A stretch of 64,000 nucleotides of DNA. It comes from the human T2T-CHM13v2.0 reference genome, Homo sapiens. This document shows, in pieces, positions 15,531 to 29,004 of this stretch; the stretch's first letter is position 1; every line of letters starts with the position of its first letter. Position numbers and translations under genes: made by a program. Below the pieces are notes generated by a model that saw only the letters and a program-made list of their open reading frames with translations, was not told where the DNA came from and ran no database searches. Where the stretch lies: assembly GCF_009914755.1 (NCBI RefSeq), contig NC_060947.1; one strand, 5' to 3'.

Positions 15531-16249
15531 TATTATATTTACATGTTTATTGTCTCTGTCCCTCATTAGAATGTCAGCTCCATGAGGGTAGAGACTGTGT
15601 TTTGTTACTGCTGTATCCCCAGCACCTGGCACAGAGTAGGTGCTAATAAATATTGGTTGACGGAAGGAAGGAAACCCAGTTTCTAGCCAACAAAGCAACC
15701 TAAACAAAACTCAAGTGTCCAAACTTAGGTGCAGAATAAAGGGCGTAACACTCACCCCAATCTCTATCTCGACTTTCCCATCCCAGTGCCTCCAACATTT
15801 TCTTACCCCCTGTTCTGCTTACTCTGCAGGTCCCAACCCATGGCCCCTTTGCTGCGGCCAGGCTGATTTCCTTCTCCTTCTTAGGTACATTTCCTTCTTA
15901 GGTCTTACTGCCCCGTGGACTTTTGTCCTTTTGCTATTCCACATCTCTTCTAATACATGTCTGTTTCTTTTAAGACCTTGTTTGATACTCATGTTCTCCA
16001 AACAGCTTTGCCTGACTAATCTCAATGAGCATTTCCCTAATTTTTTCATTCACTCATCAAGCATTTATTAAATACCTACTATTCTGGACACTCTTCTAGG
16101 CTGGGAATATAGCAGTGCACAGGACAAACATAGTCCCTGCCCTCACAGAGCTTACATTCTAGTTCTCAGTCTTGTGCTCTCTAAATCCTTGGAGCATAGA
16201 AGTGGACGAGTACACACACACGGGGCTAATTGTCAAAACATTTAATGAC

Positions 16250-16416
16250 CTGTACAGTAGGAGCCAATCCAGTCAAAATATAAGCCAGTAATAACACCGG
16301 AGCAGAATCTTGAAGGCCTCCTAGTTGTGCCAGATGTTAACCCTGTAGTTGATCTACGTTTGTAAGGAGGTCCAGGGGGAGAGGTCAGGTGGCATCCAGG
16401 AAGCATAGGGCAGTGC
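16250..16416 (-). pseudogene. Pseudo-exon P9 (GTALCFLDAT*PLPLDLLTNVDQLQG*HLAQLGGLQDSAPVLLLAYILTGLAPTVQ)
   Basis: 88-nt intron after P8; acceptor aatag|, donor CAG|GTCATT; phase 1 in, 0 out. Confidence 0.65.
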
Positions 16417-16504
16417 CTATTTACCAATCAGTGTGAAAGAATCTCTCTGTATTTTACAACTGGTATGGCCATCCCAGTGCATGCCAATTGAATGTCAGCC
16501 TTAC

Positions 16505-17113
16505 CTACATGTGCAGTCGATCCTCATTATTTGCAGATTCCCTATTTGCAAATTTGCCTACTCCCAAAAATTTATTTATAACCCCCAAAATCAATAATCA
16601 CGGCACTTTCCTGGTCATTTGCAGACATGTGCAGAGTGTGAAAATTTTGATTTACCCCATGCACACGTTCCCAGCCGAGGTCGGACAAGGTGATGCTCTG
16701 CCTTCTTGTGTCAGATCTCATACAGAGGTAATCAGAGGATGAAGACGATAGGGGGCAGTGCAGTGTAGTGCAAGAAAGAAACTGCAGTTCTGGGGCCAGT
16801 TGGACGGGGTTTGAATCTTGACTCTGGCACCTGTGAGTGGAGTGGCCTCAGGCAAGTCACTTAACACTTTTGAACTTCATTTTCTCTTTGTAAAATAAAG
16901 AACATAGAAGCTACTAGGATGAGTTGTTTTTACATTTTAACACCATAATTTATGTGAAATATTGGAGCAACAGTTCAGTATTCACTAATTCAGTGTTTAT
17001 GGAAATGTCATAGAACGTAACCACCTTAACAAGTCTCCATTGACAGATCTTCTCTCTTTAGCTATACTGAAAGCTTCTTGAAGACCCCCAATATGTGTTT
17101 AATGTTATACCCC
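16505..17113 (-). pseudogene. Pseudo-exon P8 (…THIGGLQEAFSIAKERRSVNGDLL…HV), split by a MER82-like element
   Basis: acceptor tattttctgtgatgtag| on one side of the transposon; strong donor GTAG|GTAAGG at 16504, 9 nt beyond its other end. Confidence 0.45.
16514..17025. mobile_element. MER82-like TcMar-Tigger element with a MIR-like internal segment
   Basis: left arm cagtcgatcctcattatt...ctcatac, right arm ggagcaa-agttcagtattc-ctaattcagtg; MIR core ggcaagtcacttaac-ct in the middle. Confidence 0.65.
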
Positions 17114-17277
17114 CTACATCACAGAAAATACTACTGTGTTCACAGCAGGCACTTGGCATCTCATGGGTGCAAGGAGACTGCTACCTATTACAGAACTCTT
17201 GTCATGTTAAAGTTTGATTACCACTACTTCCAGAAGACAACCTCCTAATAGGTCCAGGATGTGGCCTAGGAATCTAT

Positions 17278-17308
<31 letters not shown>

Positions 17309-17408
17309 CCACTGGACCAGACAATCTGCAAGTCTCCTTCTATTAATAGCTCCTACATTATGTGGCTGATAATGGCCTAATACCTACTCCTACATACTGT
17401 GGCTGGTA

Positions 17409-17701
17409 ATTTTATTTTATATATATAGAGTCTCACTCTATTATCCAGTCTGGAGTGCAGTGGTGCCATCTCAGCTCACTGCAACCTTTACCTCCTGGGT
17501 TCAAGTGACTCTCCTGCCTCAGCCCCCGAGGAGCTGGAATTACAGGCATGTGCCACTACACCGGCTAATTTTTGCATTTTTAGTAGAGACGATGTTTCGC
17601 CATGTTGGCCAGGCTGGTCTCGAATCCCTGACCTCAAGTAATCTGCCCGCCTTGGCCTCCCAAAGTACTGGGATTACAGGCGTGAGCCACCACACCTGGC
17701 C
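17409..17701 (-). mobile_element. AluS
   Basis: reverse dimeric Alu. Confidence 0.92.
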
Positions 17702-18196
17702 TGGTAATGGTTCTTGACCCTGTTTATCCATTATAACCATCTGAGAAGCTCTGAAAACTATTAATAGTCACTTCTGATTCATTCGAGCAGCAGAGACAGA
17801 AAAAAAAAAAGAAAACATGAAAATATTGATACTTGGGCTCTTGCCCTGACTCATTGAATTAGAAGCTCTGGAGATGAGGCCCTGGTATTGGTCTTTTGAA
17901 AAGGCTCACCAAATGATTCTGATATGGAGTCTCTCTCAGATGACATTTTCCTTGTAAGAGTGACTCATAGCATGGCAGACAATTGGGGAGAGGGGTCACA
18001 GGAGTTCTTTCCCAGGGCCCCTCAAACCATACTGCATAGATAGCCACTTAATAAGCTTCTGTGTACTTAAGGGTATTCCTTAATCTTTGAATTACCAACT
18101 AGTCCTCATGACTGACTGGATATTTATTAATCTTGAAATCTTTAGACCTTGGCACACAGTAGGCACTCAGTAAATATTTTTAAACGGATAAAGTAC

Positions 18197-18322
18197 CGGA
18201 TTATGACCAAGAATGACCCTGATAAAGCAAGTACAGACAATCTGTTTCAAATGAAACCCAGTTTTCTGGTTCTGAAAACAGCCTGTACTTAAAGAACTGG
18301 AATCCCTTCTGCTTGGAGCCAC
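18197..18322 (-). pseudogene. Pseudo-exon P7 (GSKQKGFQFFKYRLFSEPENWVSFETDCLYLLYQGHSWS)
   Basis: acceptor tttctttttctgggcag|; about 40 open codons; donor uncertain. Confidence 0.55.
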
Positions 18323-19117
18323 CTGCCCAGAAAAAGAAAGCCAAAATAATGGGAACCACCTCAGAGAAACTGGTTTTCTACAGAGCTTCCTGACGTATAG
18401 TGTTTGTCAGATGGTAGATACTCCAACCATATATGCTGAATTAATGAACTAATTCATTACTAATTTTAGCAATCAACTAATATATTTTATGCCATGTCTA
18501 CTATGTGCTTGGTACTAGGGGGAGACATATTAACATAAAATGGCATCTCTGCTTATACAGCCTGGTTGGGGATGTGAGCAATGGCAGTGTGGATTAACAG
18601 GAGTACTATAGGAAATCCAAGAAGGGGAATTGAGGAGTTGGGGAAGGATTGAGGATAAAGGTAGAGTTTGAACTAAGCTGTAAAGTGATGGCATTTAGCT
18701 AGTCAAAGGGACACTCTAGACCCTGAAGGATGGGGACAGGGAGGAAACAGCGTGAGGTGGGTCCAGGAATGATAACAAGCCCAGTGTGTGCAGGGAGCTG
18801 TGGATAGAACTACCAAGTGCAGCAAAAGGTGATCTTGGAGAGAGGTGGTTAGAGAGTCAGGTGTAGTTTGTGGCGGGCTTTGGAAGTCAGGCAGAGGATA
18901 TGTTCATGTCCAGGCAGTCTTGAGTGTGGGAAGGAAGGCCCCCTGGTTCCCCTAGTAGTGATCTGGTGAAACCAGGATGGTCCTCCATTGTCCTAGGCTC
19001 CCACAGTGGTTGCTATAGGAATTGGTTATAAGTAGGCTCAGGTGTCAAAGGCAGTGTAGCCAGAAGGGCAAATCAGTCAAAGCTTCAAGAAGCTGAGTTT
19101 CGTTTTTTTTCAGTTAC

Positions 19118-19439
19118 CAAAGCGGGGCCCTATCTTGTTCTAAAATATTTGGCCCTATATCTGACTTTGGTCAAGATTTGAGTGATCACAACCCTGACAT
19201 CTGTACTAATACAGACAACAAATTTAAAAAATGGTCAAAAAATAACCAGCTGCTGAATTCTGCACTGAGGGAAAGGCAGACTCTCTTCTATTCCTTATTC
19301 CACCAAGCTGCTGGCTTCATATTTGCTTCAAGCAGCTTGCAGTGGCCCCAGAGGTACTTAGCAATTCTAGTCCCATGTTTCAAGCCAAAATTCATTTTAG
19401 CCAGAAAGGGTGCCTGTTGCAAAGTGAGATTCCCAGCTG
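19118..19439 (-). pseudogene. Pseudo-exon P6 (AGNLTLQQAPFLAKMNFGLKHGTRIAKYLWGHCKLLEANMKPAAWWNKE*KRVCLSLSAEFSSWLFFDHFLNLLSVLVQMSGL*SLKS*PKSDIGPNILEQDRAPL)
   Basis: acceptor cctatttttttctccaag|(cag), phase 1 matches P5; candidate donor TG|GTAACT; the same frame may continue further (LKKNETQLLEALTDLPFWLHCL). Confidence 0.65.
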
Positions 19440-19687
19440 CTTGGAGAAAAAAATAGGCTCAGTGAAGAGCTCAAACATTCCAGCCTTAAGGTGCTCAATT
19501 AATCTATGCTTAATGGATTGGGATCTCTTCAACAATGTCAATTTCTGGGCCCCACTCTTCCAGAGATTCTAACTTTTAAAATCTGGTGTGAGCCTAGGCA
19601 TCTGTGCTTTAACAAGCACTCCTCAGTGATTCTTATCATCAGGCACGTTTTAAAAACAGCTGGTTAGTGCATGGTTATGAATTAGTG

Positions 19688-19884
19688 CAGAGGTTGGCAA
19701 ACTGTTTCTCTGAAGGGCCATATAATAAGTATTTTAGGCTTTGCAGGCCATATGTGGTAGCACAAAAGCAGCCATAGGCAATACATAAATGAAGATCACG
19801 GCTGTGTTCCAGTAAAGCTTTATTTACAAAAACAGGTGGTGAGCAAGATTTGGCCTATGTAGGCCTGTAATTTGCTGGCCCCTG
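19688..19884. mobile_element. MER58A (also 53071-53295); MER58B at about 42180-42516
   Basis: cag-ggttggcaaact...aagggcca...cccctg termini. Confidence 0.8.
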
Positions 19885-20072
19885 AAGTGTATTATGCCTT
19901 CCTGCTACCGCATTCACATTTTGACCCGGGCCTTCCCAATTCTCAACATTGTAATTCAAAGGAGTGCCCCTAATATTACGAACTTCAAGCCCCAGAGCTG
20001 AGCTTTGAAGATGCTTTGGGACACGGAGGCCTCTGAGAGGCTCCTCATATCACACTGCAAAGCAGGCCTCAC

Positions 20073-20155
20073 CTGTGTCTGAGCATAAGGCTAGATGTGA
20101 CTCCATGACATCTAGCACAGACCAGCTGGCAATGAATGAGTCACCAGCATCAAGG
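20073..20155 (-). pseudogene. Pseudo-exon P5 (LDAGDSFIASWSVLDVMESHLALCSDT)
   Basis: acceptor cctattctcagtcttcag|, strong donor ACAG|GTGAGG; open frame, phase 1 out; entry phase does not match P4 as read. Confidence 0.6.
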
Positions 20156-20254
20156 CTGAAGACTGAGAATAGGATGGAATCTTAGAGACCAACAGGACAA
20201 GGGTCAATGAGGACTGAAGTATAAACAAGCTGAAAATAACTCTGAAACAGACAC

Positions 20255-20423
20255 CTGGAAATGATTATAATCCCTGAAAATATTGGCAATTTCATTTCCT
20301 CCTTTGTGGTTTGTGCCTATAATTAACTGAATCTTTGGTTTTCAGTGGTACAAACAGAAACTCTCTAGGACAGGATCTAATCTTGCATCTTTGGTAGGGA
20401 TAGCAAGGATGCCACCCTCTTCA
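20255..20423 (-). pseudogene. Pseudo-exon P4 (EEGGILAIPTKDARLDPVLESFCLYH*KPKIQLIIGTNHKGGNEIANIFRDYNHFQ)
   Basis: acceptor ttttatgtattcaccacag|, donor CAG|GTGTCT; single TGA at 20344-20342. Confidence 0.65.
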
Positions 20424-20809
20424 CTGTGGTGAATACATAAAAGGATACCAGTTGGGGTTCTTCATTTGTTTGAGTCCATTACATAACACCAAGGTAGAAC
20501 CAGAACCAGTGGATGAAAGATCAGGAAAGGACTCCCAGCTTTAGCCTGCTGTGGGGGAACAACCACTAAGCAAAGGCTCAGGAAACCTGGGTTCTGGTTT
20601 CGGCTCTGCTACTCAATTATTTCAATACTTTGGGTAAAGTATATCCTCTTCCCAGGCTTCTGTTTCACATGTGAAAAATGAAGGTTGAGCTGCATGGCCC
20701 ATTCAGGTCTCTAGAGATGCCTCGTTCTACACACTGTGCCATGCAGGCATCTGAGGGCAGATGATGGCAGAGAAGAGAGGTGACTGTCAGGTAGAAAGAT
20801 TCCACTTGC

Positions 20810-20961
20810 CTCATGTTTGTGGCACCTTGGTGGAACTTTGGATGACTGTGGAGATGGAATCAAACACAGCTGCCTGAGCATAGCTACAGATCTTTCTATC
20901 TTGCCCCTTTCTCTTGCTTCTGCCTCAGCCTGCAGCCCCTGCTCAGGATTGGAGCACCAGG
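20810..20961 (-). pseudogene. Pseudo-exon P3 (WCSNPEQGLQAEAEARERGKIERSVAMLRQLCLIPSPQSSKVPP...)
   Basis: acceptor ctttgtgtgttgcacag|; donor AG|GCAAGT (end 20810) or AG|GTGCCA (end 20826). Confidence 0.5.
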
Positions 20962-22277
20962 CTGTGCAACACACAAAGGCATTTATCAACTCCATGTATA
21001 ATCAATACTGTAATCACTTTCTGCAGTGATCTCCAGCTCTGGATTTCATTGTGCTATATTGTCTGCTGCCAACAAATTGCCCCTTTGGCTCAGGATGAGA
21101 AGTCTAAGGTTCCTTTAGCTCAATGGTTCTTAATCTTGGCTGCATTTGGAAATCATCAGAAGCTTGAAAAAAATACTGATGCTCAGACCTCACCCCCAGG
21201 AATTCTGATGTAATTGGTCTGTGGTGGGCCCTGGGCTTCAGGATTTTTAAAAGCTCCTCCCAGCATTTCTACTATGCAGCCAGGACTGACACTCACTGCC
21301 TGAGTTCCTGCTGGACTCAGGTGAAAGAAGTGGTTTTTTGCAATCTCCCCTCTGTGGGAATGAGATTGCTGGCTCTGACAGAGCCAGCTGGGACCAGGGC
21401 CCAAGACACAATGAGGACGTTTGTTTCTGATGTGTATCTTAGGGCCCTGCCCTCCTGTGGCTGATTGGGTAAATGAATCTCAACTGCAGTGTAAATGGTA
21501 GATAATAGCTTAACGTATTCCCAGCTGGCAGGGACCTTCAGGGCCTTAACACAAAGAAATTCCTGATTGTAGGACTCAGGCTCCATGGCAAGGCCCATAG
21601 GGGTGGTGGTTTGAAGTAGCCCCAAACCTGATTCACTCCCTAGTCCTCTTCATCTCAGTAAATGGCAAGTCCATTCTTTCAGTTGAAGTCTCTCTTTTTC
21701 TCACTCTCATATCCAATCAGTCAACATATCATCCTAATTCAGTATTCAAAATATATCCAGAATTCATTCACTTTTCAACTCCATCAGTACCATCCTAGCC
21801 CAAGCCTCCATTATGTTTTAACCATATTATTGCAGTTACAAATATTGTACTTAGAGACCCCCAACTGGTCTCCATGCTCTTGCCATTGCCCTTCTACACT
21901 CTGTTTTCCACACAGCAACCAGAGGCTTCCTTTTAAAATGCACATCAGACTCTGTTCAATCAAATCCCTCTAGTGGAGTGAAATCCAAAGTTCTCACCGT
22001 GGTTTACAAGGTCCTACATGACCCAGCCCCCAGCTGCCTCTCTGAGCATCTCCCCTCTTGCTCCCCCTCCATCACGCCACTCCAGCCACCTTGGCCTTCC
22101 TTGCTGTTCTTCATACACCTCAATTCACTTCAGGGCCTTTACTGTAGTTTCTGCCCAGAAGCCTTTCTCCAGATAACCTGGTGGCTGTCTCTCCCTCACT
22201 TCCTTAAGTTTCTGCTTAATGTCTCATCCTCAGAGAGGTCTTCCCTGACCATCCTGTCTAAAATAACCTCCCCCAGT

Positions 22278-23120
<843 letters not shown>

Positions 23121-23546
23121 AATACCCTCACTACTCCCACTCTAACTCACTCATTCTCTTGTGTAGTCCTTTACCCTGCCTTATTTTTCCTCAAAGTCCT
23201 TCTTTGCTACCTAAAAGATATTTATCGTCTGTCTATTCCTGCTGGAATGGATGCTCCATGAGGCCAGGGAGTTTTGTCTGTCTTATTCACTGCTCTATCC
23301 CTCATCACCTAGAACAGTGTGTGGCATGTAGTAGGCCCTTGCTAAATTTGTCAAAAGAATGAATAAACGCCCCCCCAAAGACAATGAGGATGCCCCTCAG
23401 CACGACTCCTGTATTCCTAATTGCTGGGCCTTACAGAGCTCAGCAGGGAGCTAGAATCCAAGGGGCACCCAGGAAAGGCTTAGTTTCCAGTGTTTGCTAA
23501 TCATGCTTCTGATAAAATTGTGGGAGAGTTTTCAAGAACTAAAAAG

Positions 23547-23869
<323 letters not shown>

Positions 23870-24431
23870 TTACAGAATTGGATAAACAAAGTGGTGCAGA
23901 GCCCAAAACTAGAAAGCCAGAAGACTTGGGTTAAATCTCTCACATCTCTATTCCCCAATAGTGTAGTAACTGTGGATAAATCCTTTTGGAGTGCTAGGTC
24001 TCCTTTCTCCCACATCTAAAATAGTATTTATTATGCAACTCCTTCCTAGGGGCAGGACATGTCTGTGAGGTGAACAAGATCATTTCTGTAAATTATTTGG
24101 GATGCTTATATTCAGATATAATAATAATAATAAAAAGACACCCTTTAGGTCTATCTCACTGTAAGAAAACCAAATATATAAAAACTCAATGTATGTTATT
24201 ACTAAAGAACTTTTGCAAACTCCCCTAGGCCTAGAGTATTAATAATGGGGTTCAATCTACCCAAATTCAATTCATGCCCAGCTGTTTCAGAACACACCAA
24301 TTACATAGGGAAGCATTTAGCACATTGCCTTGCAACTAATAGGTAATTAATATTTGTTTATTGACTCCTTGATCAGTAATGCAAAGTGTACCTGTACTGG
24401 GACATCTTAACTCTGACGTGACAAAGGTTAG

Positions 24432-24665
<234 letters not shown>

Positions 24666-24854
24666 TAGTGGACAGCTTTCCGAATGGGTTAGAGTGGGAG
24701 CGTCCAGGTGCTGGAGGGGGAAAAGTAGTGAGTGAAGAGGGATACGTGACATCCAGAGAGGCCCCAGGCATTGTGGGGAGAAGGAATATATATTGATTCA
24801 CTCAAGATCCTTCTGATGCTTAGAGAAATTTCCATCCCTAACACAGTAGCTTAC

Positions 24855-25033
24855 ACTCAAAGCAAGTGCTCCATAAACATCTTTTGCTACTTGATAGAAA
24901 CAGGAAGGAAATAATGGCTTCCTGAAGACTCAGGGAATGAGTGGCTGGTGAAATTGAGCTCTCTTCACATTTAAGTGATCTTGCAACTCCACATCTTGAC
25001 CAGAAAAGGCCATGCAGTGGTGAGTAAAGTTGC
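24855..25033 (-). pseudogene. Pseudo-exon P2 (QLYSPLHGLFWSRC...STCFE open, or QDVELQDHLNVKRAQFHQPLIP*VFRKPLFPSCFYQVAKDVYGALALS)
   Basis: acceptor tgtatcatttcctttag|, donor |GTAAGC; true frame ambiguous. Confidence 0.55.
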
Positions 25034-25147
25034 CTAAAGGAAATGATACAGACTCTCATTAAGTCACCAAGTTTTTATTAGGCACCTGCTATGTTCTTAG
25101 CACCAGAGGGGAGGCAAAATAAATACCTGTTCCCTGCTACCAGATAC

Positions 25148-25320
25148 CTCTCAGCAATGTTGAGGGGGACAAGAGGTTCAGATTGAGACAATACAAAATC
25201 TACTACGGGGTGGTATTGTTTCGAAAGACAGGTAATATTTGACAGCCCATGCCATGCAGCTGCCAATTTGGGGAGTCTTGGCCAGCCACAGTGTTTCTCA
25301 CTGCTTTGGGAGGTTTACAT
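25148..25320 (-). pseudogene. Pseudo-exon P1, putative first coding exon: M*TSQSSEKHCGWPRLPKLAAAWHGLSNITCLSKQYHPVVDFVLSQSEPLVPLNIAE
   Basis: ATG at 25320-25318 followed at once by TAA, then 55 open codons; donor AG|GTATCT; 114-nt intron to P2. Confidence 0.55.
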
Positions 25321-27389
25321 GCAGTGAACTGTCGGCTCCAGATGTGCAAATGAGAAGAGGCAGGTGAAGAGCAGAAAAGAAGTGTGTTAAGCAGTCATGC
25401 ATTCTGGCCGAGTCCTTCAGGAATCTGCAGAAGTTAGTGATAACCTGGTGGGGACAGAGGGGATAGCTAGAGCTAACAGGCACTTGTGTGCTTTTGATAG
25501 CTGTGATGGGCAGAGCTGTCTGGAGGCCCTTGGCATTTACGTACTGAGGAACAGCCACAGTTGTTGGGAGAAGATAGCAGGCCCAGAGCAGGGAAATCAG
25601 CAGGGTGCCAGGCGCTTCTATATTATTTAAGGCAGAATTAGTGAGAAGAAGGTATAGAGGACACAGGTGTCTTCCATCTCCATTTCCCTGACTCTCATTC
25701 CCAAACTCAGTCTATGCCCTCCTCCATCTCTGCATGAGGAAGGCTGGCAAACCCAGGGGACTACAGGACCCCACTGGGCAAGCTGTCTGAATAATTGATG
25801 GTTGGGATCTGTGTCAATCCTAGAAGAAAAGTTTTAAGAGAAGTGATCATTGATGAGCAGAGGGGAAAAGGAGTAATATGGAGTCCCTGCAAATCAGGGT
25901 GAAACAGACCCCGAGGTCCAAGTCACCAGGAGGATATGTGTGTCCTGAATGCTTGAAAACCCAGAGGACGTATGACTTGGATTTGGTAAGTATGAACAGG
26001 CTTATCCTATGCCATCTCAACATTGCAGAGTAATCAGTCAAGGGCAGGCCACCCAGTGAAGAACTCCTTCCCTTCCTCCCCACTCCCCTCCCCTCTCTTC
26101 TCTTCCTCTCCCTTCTACTTCCCCTTCTCCACTTTCTCCTTCTTCCACCATGATTCCCCTCTCCATACGTCACAGCTAGGTTACAGGCACAGCTAGTCTA
26201 CAGGCGTAACGATGCCCCCCACTCCAGTCTATTCTGAATGCAAATGCCACAGAGTAGCTAGGACCCACCTAGAGTGACCTCATTCTCTCGGACAGGCCAC
26301 CAGGCATAGTGTGAGGCTCTTGTCTGGGTGAGAGACAGACATCAATCTTCCAACTCTCACTGCACTCGTGAAATTACCTGGTGTTACAACATCACCCTCC
26401 TCCATGCTGCCGCCAGTATGGACCATAGCAGCCTCATCACAGGTCGGGAGCCGGGGGAGTCCAGGCCCAAGTGACTCCAGGCTCTCCTATCAACCCTTTC
26501 CTTTCGTGTTCCAAGGCTTTATTAAGCAGCCAGAGCAAAAATAAATCCTGTGGGTGATCCTTGCCAGCTCTATTTTTAAGCAAATTCAATTAAGTAATTA
26601 TCTGAGTCCAACCCAGTGTGCTAAATAAAACCTGCCACCACTGGGATCCGGGGCCGCTGGGCCTGGCAGGAGCAAGGCATCTCAAGATCAGGGAGGGGAC
26701 CAGGGAGTCACACTCTTCCAATTTTATATCCCACCACTTCCCACCTTGTTTCCACAGCCAAGCTTGTCTCTTGGCTCCTCACCACCATCAACCATACCCC
26801 AACCCAGGAGGATTTGCTTGTTCCTCTTTCCATGCTTTGTCCATGATCCATGACAGTCTCTAGGTCTAGACTGTTCTCATCTGGCTTCTCAAATCATCCA
26901 CACCCACTGTCTCCTTCAAAATCAAAATCCAATTTGCCTTATCTAGGAAACTTTAGCCATCTTATACCTGTTGGTTTGCTTTGGTTTTATAATGTGTATG
27001 TGTGCCAAGTCACTACAACAAGAATTTAAGACTGGATTTAAATCTCCTGTAGCTCTCATAGAGACTTAGCATAGTGTTGGGCATACAGTAGAGGTTCAAT
27101 GAATGCCCAGTGAATTAAGGAATCTGGTTATCTCTGCAGCTTTTCCATTCCTATAGAACTGATGATGATGTTGGCCCAGGGAAATGGTTGGGATGAGAGT
27201 GATCATTCAGTAAGTGCACATCAAGCACCTACTGCCCATTCATTCAGCAGCCATTTATTGCGCACCAAATGTGTGCCAGGAACTTTGTTTAGTGTTGGGA
27301 CTACAAAGATAAATAGGACATGGTCTTTGTGCTCTCATTTCACCATTTGATTGTGAAAGACAAATATCCTTCAAAAATATGATAAAGGT

Positions 27390-27834
<445 letters not shown>

Positions 27835-27861
27835 TTATTTAATGAATTTTTATTAAGAATG

Positions 27862-28212
27862 TCTCAATCAGAGTCAGTACCTCCCATTGCTAGAGAGCTT
27901 TTGAAAATGTCTGAGGGCCAGGCATGGTGACTCTCGCCTGTAATCCCAGCTACTACTAGAGAGGCTGAGGCAGGAGGATCACTTGAACTCAGGAGGCAGA
28001 GGTTGCAGCGAGCCGAGATCACACCACTGCACTCCCACCTGGGCGACAGAGCGAGACTCTGTCTCAAAAAAAGAAAAAGAAAAAAAAAAGAAAATGTCTG
28101 AGGGTGTTTCAGGTCATCCCAATGCTTTGGTGTGCTACTGGCACTTCATGTCTCAGGGTCGGAGATGCTAAGTGTTGTGCAGGGAGGGGGACATCCCTGA
28201 ATAATGAAGAAT
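27862..28212 (+). mobile_element. MER20-like element interrupted by a monomeric Alu (27916-28089, TSD gaaaatgtctgag); near-twin copy at 29789-29958
   Basis: gtgctactggca...ggagatgctaa motifs; TSD at 27903-27915 and 28090-28102. Confidence 0.7.
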
Positions 28213-28752
28213 CATCAGAGGTATGGAGGTGTGAAAGAGGTGTGGGTACTAGGAATAGCAAGACGTGACTCTGGAGACTAGGCAGGGGCCAGGTCAGAAA
28301 GGGCCTAGGGAGGGGAAAAGGCAGAGCAAAGGCCTTGACAGGACGTGATCTTGGCTTGTGAAGGGCCTCAGGGAAAGGGAGGTATCAGGAGATAAGATCA
28401 GTCTAGAAGCTTTGTAGAAGGTGTTTAAAAAAATGTCAGAGATAAGATCAGGTGGGTGAGGTAGACTCCAAAGGAGGCCTCTCATCAGCCCTTCAGCGGG
28501 TGTGTGGTGATCCCTTTGCTCTGATCTGTGGAGGTTTGAACTACAGTAGAATGTGGGTGCTCCGTGATGTCAAATGGAGGCGGGCTTTTGATATGGCTCA
28601 GTGTCTTGTTGGGGAGTTTGGTTCTGGTCCCCATGTATTATTGATCTGCTCTTTCCTCTGTCTCTGCCCTCCTACACCTTTGGCTCTCTGTCTCCATCAC
28701 CTTTTCTCTCTCCTTTTTCACACCCTTCCTCTGGCTTCCTACTTCCTTCTAA

Positions 28753-29004
<252 letters not shown>

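Noticed and set aside
15819-16049. Minus-strand 76-aa ORF as another pseudo-exon
   Set aside because: Overlaps L2-like sequence and lacks convincing splice sites
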